Positions 51,901 through 61,540 of a DNA stretch of 64,000 nucleotides are shown piece by piece. Position numbers and translations under genes: made by a program. Below the pieces are notes generated by a model. It made no database searches and was not told the origin of the DNA. It saw nothing but the letters and a program-made list of their open reading frames with translations. Origin of the DNA: Bugula neritina (taxonomy: Eukaryota > Animalia > Bryozoa); the NCBI GenBank assembly GCA_964035545.1, contig OZ037768.1, positions 17,095,875 to 17,159,874 of the forward strand, given 5' to 3'. Within the stretch, counting starts at the first letter, position 1. The number at the start of each line of letters is the position of its first letter.

Positions 51901-52172
51901 GAAGATGATGAATTTGAAGCATATAGAAAGAGAATGATGCTGGCTTACAGATTTAGACCAAATCCATTGGTAAGTTTAGGCATGCTTTTCCAACTATTGC
52001 AGTTATTTTTAATTTCAAATTATGTAATAATTACCTACTTGGAAGTGTGTGGTAGATTTAAGAGTTGTAAAAACTTCAACATTTAGTAGAAACTAGAACC
52101 CATGTCATATTATAGTTCACTTCCTAAATTGTATGTTATTTGTAGAACAACCCCAGAAGAGCCTATTACTAG
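45981..52172 (+). CDS. SUGP1: SURP and G-patch domain-containing protein 1 (splicing factor 4)
   Basis: NDGSFLEQF motif, SURP-like exons ~47998-48103 and 48452ff, [32 protein letters not shown]-patch [19 protein letters not shown], and C-terminal [18 protein letters not shown]|NNPRRAYY* (last exon 52146-52172). Confidence 0.92.
48721..48931 (+). mobile_element. Full-length tRNA-derived SINE (~210 bp) with 17-bp TSD
   Basis: A-box (GTGGTCTAGGGG) and B-box (GGTTCGAACCC) head. TSD GTTTGCTTATTGCCATC at 48704-48720 and 48932-48948. Confidence 0.93.
51265..51375 (+). other. Long intronic hairpin in SUGP1
   Basis: 51293-51311 pairs with 51335-51353 (19 bp, 3 G.U). Outer stem GGGGGTGACT (51265-51274) pairs with AGTCACCCCC (51366-51375). 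Confidence 0.7.
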
Positions 52173-52291
52173 GTCAGCTGACCTCATCTGCACAGGGAAC
52201 CATGTACTATCGATATAATTTGCCCATACAATGTTCTTTATTTGGATCAATAATGTGTATACATCAGTATATAGTATAAATAAAATTTCAA

Positions 52292-54933
52292 TTAGTACCA
52301 ATATGTTTTCCCTCTTTTTCTATTTTCTACTATGCCCATGCTGTCCATTATGTCTTGTTCAAATGTCTTTAAATTAGGTTTGTAAGTGGGTGTCTTTAGT
52401 TGCTTCTCTGTGGTGTCAGTCTTGTTATTATCTACGCATATCAAACCAGGTGGTATTTTGTTTAGTATATGGTAAGCACACAAAAAATAGGTTCAAAGGG
52501 TTTAAAACAAAAATAATAGTACATATAATACATATGTAATAGGTCCACCTTCTCGAATAGAAAAACAAAAAATATGGTGTAGTTAGTGCAGTAATTTACA
52601 ATTTTACTCTGTCCTTCAAAATGCAGAAGCTGGCTGACTAGTTAGAATTAGGCCCATATACTATGCTTAGAGTTACTAGTATATTATACATATTTATACC
52701 AGTGTGGTTGATGGCCTATAATAAAAGCCGACTTTACCTATATACATAGCTGGGTCAACACCATCGGCCAATACCCTGGAGAATGCTGTTGGTTGCAGGA
52801 TAGCACCAGAAGGTAATGTGACCCGCACTCGTCTCCCTTCTTCAGTGTATCTCCACTCAACTTTTGAAGCAGCTTTCCTGGTTGAAGATTAACAGTGTTA
52901 TTTTTGCATAGAACTTAGATTTTCTAAATAGTTCTGAAAAGCTAAGGGGCTAAAATAGTAATACAGAAAAGTATTTGATAAAACCAATCCTCACATGCAC
53001 TATTCATTAGCATGGAATTCTTGTGACAGAATCAATTTAACTAAGCTACAGATAATATTTGTTAAATCTCACTCCGTGATAGGATCAACCAACGCTATTT
53101 CTGAGGTCACATTTAGTGGCATCTCCTCTGAAAGTAGGGTTGCTGCACCAGAAATGTCTCTACTTTGATATTGCTACAAAACAGAAAATCATTGAAGGAC
53201 TTGAAATACATGTATATTCTACAAAAATAGTAGGTTGGTGTGCTAAATAGTAATAAGTCTTCCAAGAAAACTGCAGTTTATTCGGCCAAAAAACCAATCA
53301 TAATAATATTTAGACAAAATTTGCATGGTGACAGCAAATGAATTTTGTTGCCAATTTGCTTGCAAAAAAACAAGTAAAGCCAGTGTTGCGCCTATAGTAA
53401 GTTGCACTGAAATTGATTACATAGTGAAAAACTTGTACTTGCGGTAATGTCATAGCATAGAGCTACCTTCTTGTCAATAACTATGATATTTTTGCTCAAA
53501 TGCCTGCTGTTATAAAAATTTTCTAGCACAAGTTTTGCTCGAAATACATTTGGTCATTTAAATGTTTGACAGCTTCAATTTTAAAATATTTTATTAAAGT
53601 TTGAATGAACAAAACGTATCAATTACAACTAAAAAAGTACTGCTACAAAAACTATTACTGATTATTAATCTTCAAGATGAATGATTAATTTTTCTCCAAA
53701 CTATACATATTATATATGTATATAATATATATTTTCTTAACAGCTAGCTACATGAATTTATGGCCATAAGCTGAAGCAATAGACCGTCTATTGTATACAG
53801 CCTTACACTACACAGTTTAAAATAAAAATCTCTGACAAGTTATGGTGATTTAAGACATCTTAACTATATATATTCACTTGGATAGGCAAGGATTTATTAG
53901 CGGCTCAAGTTTTTAAAATTTGTGTAAAGAAGTATAAATATATCAATATTATCGTAATAGCCACCTACCTTGTTCAAACCTTCAACAAATACCCAATTCC
54001 TTTGAGGCACAATTTTTGAAACAATCCCTTGTTTTCCTTTATCTCTACCAACAAGAACTTCTACCTATAATTTAATTCAGTCAAGAAGTTAAAAGTTGAA
54101 ACAAGGACATTTCCAATGAATAATCAAAATGGGCAATTCCAGAGTTAACTCACTCTATCACCAATATGAACTGTCCATTCTTTAATTGGTTCTAGGAGTT
54201 CCTCCATGAATTCTATTTCTGCTGCTAAATTATTTTTTTCCATATTTGCGGACTGGTTCTCCACAGTACTGGGATGGTCTTCAGTGTACAACCACCAGTG
54301 TCGCTTGTCTTCCCCAACCCAGCCTCGCAAGGCTAAACATAACCAAGCAACACATTCAACATACTGTCACATTCTAACAGTTATAACAAAGTTTTAACAT
54401 CGCGTGTTTTGATTTTCAGCCGTGTTATACAATGCCATTATAAATTCACCAGCTTTTACGAAGAAAATAATAGACTAAATACATACCAGTCTATCAAGTG
54501 ACCTACTTAACCCTAACGCATGCATATTTTCTCTCGTTGAAGCCTATTCTCAAACTTCAATAGTCACATAACCATATAGAAAAAACCAATCATTTTAATA
54601 ATTAGTATGATTTGAAAGGTTGGATAAGAAGTGAACAGTTTAGCTTTTCAGGAAAATCAAAATTTAGACAGGCCCAATATGTTTGCCTCTAATGTATTAT
54701 CTTCTCTTTGATTTAAAGACGATTACTTAAGAAAATACTTACAAGATACATAACAAACATGTTCATAGGCTATGAATCTTTCATTGTAAAAAGTTGTCCA
54801 TGCTTGCAGCTCTAGCTGGGAAGAACTTACCAACATATCGAGCTGGTTTGCTACGTAAGTTGATGCAGCGGTCTGTATACCGCTTCCAATATTGTGGTAC
54901 ACGTTGCAATAATGAGCAGGTCACTCTAACCAT
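52292..54933 (-). CDS. MRPL24: Mitochondrial ribosomal protein uL24m
   Basis: Exons 54831-54933, 54154-54332 ([13 protein letters not shown]), ~53969-54064 ([13 protein letters not shown]...[13 protein letters not shown] motif), ~53073-53173 (LVDP), ~52738-52877 ([14 protein letters not shown]), 52292-52431 ([13 protein letters not shown]...TYWY*). Confidence 0.92.
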
Positions 54934-55184
54934 TCTTTTTTAATGTTCAAAATAACCTATACAATACAAATTAATTGAAACAGAAATACAACATGAAATA
55001 AAAGATTGAAAAAAAATTTAGTAGCAGATCATGTTGAAAATTGATATTTCAAAAATAAATTATATCAAAGGGTGTTTTAATTTGTTTTCAGAAAAGTATG
55101 ACATGTTACTTTTTGTTACTGATCATTTCTTCCACACTGTTAAACAGACTAGTGTTAACAAGAATAGTCATAAAACCTGGCAGA

Positions 55185-55560
55185 CTATTTGACAAATGGA
55201 AGCTCGCAAATGTGACCCCAATTTACATAGGAGAAGAGGCTAACTAAGTGTCCAATTACAGGTCTCTTTTTTTGCCAATATTATGTAAAATTTTGAAGAT
55301 ATTACCCTTTACCACATCAATAAGAAACTAGATACCTTCCTTTATCACAGGTAACACGGGTTTTGCAGAGACCTGGCTATGTGTCACCTACCATGATCTG
55401 GTAAAATCAATACAACAGAACAAAACTAAAAGAGGCTTTTTATCATACTGCATAACCTGCCGCTGCAGAAACTAAGAACTATTCCTGATTGAGAGTTCTC
55501 CCTTCTAAACTTGAGCTAAGATTCACTCGCTAGGCAAAAGCAGAGAGTAGTTGGCACCAA
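55185..55560 (+). mobile_element. Highly decayed CR1/L2-type RT fragment
   Basis: KWKLANVTPIY...SNYRSL...ILCKIL...HGF motifs with stops and frameshifts. Confidence 0.65.
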
Positions 55561-55799
55561 GGCCAAAAAGCTTCTAAAAGTTATACTGCTAGAATCCAGG
55601 AAATAAAAGGACCGGATGACATCACCACACAAAATTCTAGAAAATAAACTCTGCAATAATATTCTATTTTCTAGTTATGAAAAGACCATTAGCAACCAAT
55701 TTCCTGTCATATCCACTGTAACATGCAGTTTTAAGTAAAGCACAATTTAACTTTGCAATAACCAAGTATTCCATCAACACAGACCCAGAGGGATTACAG

Positions 55800-56275
55800 A
55801 GACTGAAAAAGAATAATAAAAATAATAATATAACTACAAAATACTCAAAGTGATAAATATGGATATCAATATGCAATATAAATATAAGCATAACTGTAAT
55901 ATTAATATTACAATATTTAAAATTATGATTATGATATTGGACTTGGTTTTCATTGTCATTATTATTATAATTATCATTATCATTATGATAATGGTAGTCT
56001 AGGTCACTTTCAGTTTCATAGTGAAACTAAATGCGATACTCAGATAATGATGATTACTATTAATAATTAATAAAATAAGTATTATAATAATAATTAGTAC
56101 CACTATCAGTATCACTATTAATAAAACTTTAAAAGTAATATTTCTAATGGTAATACTAATATCACTTTTAATATGAATACTCATGTCTCATAGTCATACA
56201 ATTACATAGTGATACTGATAGTACATACTGAGTTACTCACGAGTCAGTTTCACTTACAATTATTTTATTTTTAAC
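55800..56275. repeat. Triplet-periodic tract upstream of the MRPL24 coding exons
   Basis: (ATT/AAT/ATC/ACT)n blocks. 18-bp palindrome TGTAATATTAATATTACA at 55895-55912. Confidence 0.8.
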
Positions 56276-56300
56276 TTTTTGGTTTCCGTTTAACGGTTTA

Positions 56301-56983
56301 CCCCCTATTCACACTTACCGTACCGTACGCCGTAACAGCAGATTTTAGCGAGTTTTGTTAACAGCCGGGCCAAATCGTACTCCGGTATACGTTGCGGCGT
56401 TGATCAAGCAGTGCTTGATTCAAAAAATCACGGCAGGCTCCTATTGGGTAGAGTTGATCTGGTACTAAAATTTAAAGAACATTTTCTCTAGTTTATTTTA
56501 ATCGCTTATTTTTGATTTAATTTAATCAATTCAACAGTTTTAAAAGATTAAAAAATCTTTATCCGGCTTGTTTGAATTAAACTCAGCTTAAAAATCTAGC
56601 TTTCCCTAATCACAAAATCAAGCAAACAAAAAACTTAAAAATGATTTGGACGGCTTAAATATTCATTATTTAAATTAGTTTGCACAATTATTTTAAAAAC
56701 GAATATATTTAAAAGAACGATTCTTTTTATGTAATTGCTTTTATTTAGTAAATAGCATTTATATAACATTTTTTGATAGGAATGTTGCGAATAATTTGTA
56801 AATAATATTCAAAGGCGTTCAAATCACCGCAGACGCGAGTTGGCTTTATTATGATTGGTCACAGCTCACCGTCATGCATTGTACTTTTACGGCAATGTGT
56901 GAACACCCGTTGACAAAATGCAACAGCGTCGCCATTTTATTTTTGCTGTTCCGGCGTACGATACGGTAAGTGTGAATGAGGGG
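56301..56983. mobile_element. MITE with ~40-bp TIRs and TTA target duplication (PIF/Harbinger-like)
   Basis: Left CCCCCTATTCACACTTACCGTACCGTACGCCGTAACAGCA (56301-56340). Right end reverse complement CCCCTCATTCACACTTACCGTATCGTACGCCGGAACAGCA (56944-56983). TTA at 56298-56300 and 56984-56986. Confidence 0.88.
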
Positions 56984-56987
56984 TTAA

Positions 56988-58210
56988 TTGTATATTAAAA
57001 TGGTTCTGCACCATTTAGGTATACAATTGGAAAATGTGATACATGAAAACCAACATGGTTTTCGCCGCAACCTTTCATGTGTTACTCAGCTTGCTACTGT
57101 CAACCACGATATATCAAGGCATATAGATAAAAGACAATTTGCAGATGCAGTCGTGCTGGACTTTTCTAAAGCCTTTGATGTAATTGACCATCACATTCAT
57201 GTAAACAAATTATTGAAAAATAACAATAGATCCCTGTGTTATTGGATGGGTATCATCATTCTTAATGGGACGCTCACAACTAGTGGTCATTGATAGGGTA
57301 TCTTCGGATTTAGCACCAGTGACTTCTGGGGTTCCACAAGGAAGTGTGCTGGACTCAACATTATTCGTTTTGTTTAATAATGACATTGTAAACTGCTTTA
57401 CACACAGTACAGTGTTTATCTGCCCATTAATGATCTTAATGATCATCACTTTCTAGATCTTATAGGTAGGCAAAAGAAAACAATATGAAGTTTAACTCAA
57501 GGAAAAGTAATAGCATCACTTTTGAAAATATAGAAAATGTTTTTACTGATAAATTAGGAGATGATCTCCTGAATAGAGTTGGAATAGTAAAATATCTTGG
57601 AATATTGTTATCAGTAGATTTGAGTGGAATTAGCATATCAAAAATGTAATCTCGGAGGCATACAAAGTGATAGGACTAATCAAGTTCACACTAGAACTGC
57701 CCCAAAAAATGTTAAAATTCTCGCATATAAAACTCTGTGTAGACCTCTCCTGGAATATGCTGCGGAGGTATGGGACATGTGCAATAAGAATCTGATTACA
57801 AAATTAGAAGGTACTCGAAATAGGGCTGTACGGTTCATCAAAAATTTAAAGGGTAGAGAAGTATCAGTAACAGATACCAAATTTGAGTCAAGCCTAGAAA
57901 CCTTAAGAAAGCGTAGACAGTCACGGAGAATTTCTTTGTTGTGCCGTATTACTGCTAATGAAGATTTATTTCCAGCCCTAAATAACACTTGTCAATCAAT
58001 GAAATCCTCCACCCATAACATGAATACCCGTATTAACGCATTCAATGCTTTGCCTGCGATTCCAGTCTGTTCCTGCAGGGTTTCCTGTTGCGCACTGTCC
58101 AGGAGCTTCGTACGGGGGGGGGGGAGAAAAGATAGTGGAGATAGATCTGAAGGTCCCACAATCACTCTCTCCGAGAGGTCTTGGGACTTGATCCAATCAA
58201 AATCAAGGTT
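56988..58210 (+). mobile_element. Frameshifted CR1/L2-type LINE ORF2 3' part
   Basis: NQHGFRRNLSCVTQL, LDFSKAFD, SGVPQGSVL, KYLGI, AYKTLCRPLLEYAAEVWD, RAVRFI. Confidence 0.9.
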
Positions 58211-58760
58211 TAATTACTACTACTACTAGTAGTAGTAGTACTTTAGTTTTGCTAGTACTAGTACGACTACCCGTTTTAATCACAACTATTACTATTAGTA
58301 TTAGTATTAATAATTAATTATAATACTATTAACTATTGAGTATTATAATTATAATAATTACTAATATTTATATTATTTAAAAAAATTAATATAAACTTAA
58401 AGATATTATTAAATTCAATAATAAAAATTTATTTATACTTACAATTTATTATTCTTCTATTTGATTTTAACAATAATGATAATCATAATGAAAATGCCAA
58501 TTTGAATTGGCAATTGCATTGCCATTTAATGTTTATTTTAAAGCGATTCTCATTCCCATTCACTGAATCAGCCATTTCTCTTTCAGTTTTTTTTTAGATA
58601 CGGGCACATCTTCACAATAACAGTAACTAAGTCCAAGACTAACAGTACAGTAACTGTAAGTGTAACTTTAAGTTTAAGTCTAGAGTGTAAACTGTAAAGT
58701 GAATTAGTGAATTACTTTCACTTTGACTTTCATAAGTAATTAACTTTAAGTTTCACTTTT
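58211..58760. repeat. Triplet-periodic tract left of the LARP7 promoter core
   Basis: Perfect 26-bp palindrome TACTACTACTACT-AGTAGTAGTAGTA (58215-58240), (ATT)n, (AAAGTG/ACTTTC)n. Confidence 0.8.
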
Positions 58761-58764
58761 CAGC

Positions 58765-59160
58765 CTTCAGAACAAGATAAGTCATTAGTTTTATGGCTAG
58801 TGGCGAACGCAACTATTATTATTTAGCTCAAGTTATAGAAACCAGAAATACCAATAACATTAAATTTCAATTAAATAATTTCAAACCTGTATCAAAAAAA
58901 TTTATTATAATATAATTTTTGTGCAAAGCACGTTATTATTTGATAATCATCCATTCAATCTCAAGCTATTAAAAGTTAGCCTATCAACTTCAAGTAAAGT
59001 TACTTTTCGCCATGCGCTCGTTAAAAGTGAGCCCAAGAGACAATAAACTAATACTGTGTGCGGTATAACACACTGGTGAACCATCGTTATATTCAAATTC
59101 ATGTTTTAAAATGTAAGATCAGAGGCTGTATTGAGATATCGCGGGTATTAGTATTTTTTC
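58765..59160. promoter_or_regulatory. Putative promoter core for LARP7 (possibly bidirectional)
   Basis: CpG-retaining island (GGCGAACGC, TCGCCATGCGCTCG, ATCGCGGG) flanked on both sides by tracts. Confidence 0.5.
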
Positions 59161-59189
59161 AATAAAACATTGGTATTAAAAATAAATTA

Positions 59190-59990
59190 ATGGTTACTAT
59201 CACTATGATGATCATTATGATTAATATAATTTAGGTTATTACCATAATGATAATGATAATTATTATAAGTACTATCATCATAATCCTAATAATAGCTGTA
59301 GCATATGATAATATGCCGTAATATGACATATTATTATATTTATTATCATTATGATTATGTGTAACTGTATACTGATACTCATACTCATACACTGATAGTG
59401 ATACAGTCATAGTGATAGTCATAGTGATACTCATACTGTATCAGTATCAGTATGCAGTCAATAGTATTACTATTGTCTATTAGTGTATTACATTTAGTGA
59501 TTTACTATTACTATTAGTATTACTATTAATATTAGTATTACTATTAGTCTTGCTATTACTATTAGTATTACTATTAGTATTAGTATAACTGTTACTATTA
59601 GTATTACTGTATTAGTATATCATTTTCATATTGATATTGAGTTAAAGTGAGTGTGGTACTGGTAAGGATACTAATATTAACACTAATACGTAATAGAATA
59701 ATACTAATACTAGTACTAGTAGTGGAACTTGAAGTTAATGTTGTCATTTACTTTTAGCCGGTAGTTTAGTGTGAAGAAAAATCCGACAGGTGTCAAGTTC
59801 AACAGTTAATGACGCTTCCTGTTCATGTTAGACTAAAACGTAGCATCAGTATGAGTATAGTAGTAGTTAATTAGTTATACTATAAAGTTAAATATTCTTA
59901 TTGATATCAGTAATAAATAAATCATAAATAATCCTAATACTAATAGTTGAATGTGACTCAGACTGAGACTGCGTAGGTCTCTAATATGAT
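59190..59990. repeat. Triplet-periodic tract (LARP7 side)
   Basis: (ATACTC)n, (ATAGTC/ATAGTG)n, (TATTAG/TATTAC)n. Confidence 0.85.
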
Positions 59991-59999
59991 ATTCATATT

Positions 60000-60850
60000 G
60001 TGTTTGCCTCGCAGTCTCATCAGCTTTCTTGTGATTTTCAAATTTGATCTCAATCTGCTCTCTTAGAGCTGGTTTGTGGCTCTTGGGCGGCATCTATTTT
60101 TATTTCTACTTTACAAAAGATCTCTTATGGGTTAACTCCTTTACTCATTTACAACTTCCCACTTTATGGCATGTTTTTCAAACATGGGTTTGGGGGTAAG
60201 AGTATCTGTTTTCTGTTCCTCACTTTCTGGTTTCGCTTTTCTTAAAACCCAGTTTTAGAGCTAACACTGGGGGCTCTAGCTTCTTGAAATATTTCTGTTC
60301 GATGATGTCCTTCTTTTTCGGGAATACTACGCACAATGGCATTTAGTTTTCGTGCTTCTACTTCATTTTTTGCCTCTAAGTGGGTTTGTCTGTATTTTCA
60401 TTTGACTCAGCTGCAACATCATATGATTATTGTTCTCTTCCAGTGGCTTGAGTATTCTAGTTTGGGAAATTAGAGCTTATTGCTTGATTTTAGCGTGTTG
60501 CTTGTTTTATTCTCCTTATTTATGTCTCAATTTTATCCAGCTAACACATGGTTGTCTTGTATTGAAGGGCTGATGCAATGCCATGTGATCTTCCATAATT
60601 GTTGATTTCTTCATCTATTCTTGCAATGCACTTATCACCGTAATATCCTACCCCATTGTTTCAAATTTGTTATGTTGTTTGTATTAGCATTTTGCGGGTT
60701 TTGGCATAGACCATAATGCCATATCATAGAACTATCACATCGGATTCTGTTCGTTTTGTAAGTCTTTGTGTAGTCACTTAACAATTGATCTTTTGACAGT
60801 TGCACTATGATTCTTGTTTTCATCTTTGTCTTCACCAACCTGTGTATTTA
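60000..60850 (-). mobile_element. Decayed LINE ORF1 remnant (PHD-finger plus RxxNxIVxxIPE type)
   Basis: Minus-strand pieces IRCDSSMIWHYGLCQN (degenerate PHD finger) and EARKLNAIVRSIPEKE, a motif typical of CR1/L2 ORF1. Reading frame is broken. Confidence 0.55.
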
Positions 60851-61540
60851 AACTATTGCTATACATATATTTTTATTGTGATAATTTCAATTATTTTAAT
60901 GATGGAAGAGAAAAGGTTACCAGGTCTTCATCTACCAATGAAGGACCTCTAGCATACTGTTTTCGGGCAATTCTAATTCTTTGAATGTTTTCAAATATGT
61001 ATTTAGGCTTTTTCAAAAAAATTAAATTTTGAAGCTGTCATGTTTTACCAAATAGTGTTTACTTTGAGTTTATTATATTGGGATTTGCTACAACTTGTAC
61101 AACTGTATCAAGCTCAAATAACCGAGTTTATTATCTATTCGCATGTACCTTGGAGAGCTGGAATATCTTCTCAATATAATTAATATGTTTTCACTTAGCT
61201 GAAAGTGTTTAATTATATACTATAGATATATTGTTTAATTTATAGTAGTTGTCTGTATGAAAAGTAACTAATAGGATTTAAAATTATTAGTAGTGCTTCT
61301 TAAATTCAGTACTGTTTATGGTGGAGCTCTCTTAAATAAAAGTGTGAGATTATTTAGTCATAGGTTTTAATAAAATTGTAGGTCTATTCACATCAGTCTT
61401 GGGTCATATGTGAGAAACTCTCTACCTGAATATTTTTTGATTTCACTGAATCAATATTCTAAACCTGGTTTTTGGTCCTTGTGTCTCGCCATGTTTCTAC
61501 TTACCTGAAGCTAAAGTTTCTAATGATATGTAGGTTCATA

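Noticed and set aside
54507-54517. Telomerase-template-like TTAACCCTAAC
   Set aside because: An isolated 11-mer in an intron with no visible pseudoknot or other TR elements; consistent with chance.
5841-59434. ORFs rich in I/L/V/M or T/H/D/S (5841-6134, 10993-11247, 11383-11643, 24187-24390, 24242-24490, 55999-56184, 59231-59434)
   Set aside because: By-products of the 3-nt-periodic tracts (NTN/ANT codons), with no protein-family features.
59664-59671. U12-type donor GTATCCTT on the minus strand
   Set aside because: Lies inside a low-complexity tract with no minus-strand exon or U12 branch site.
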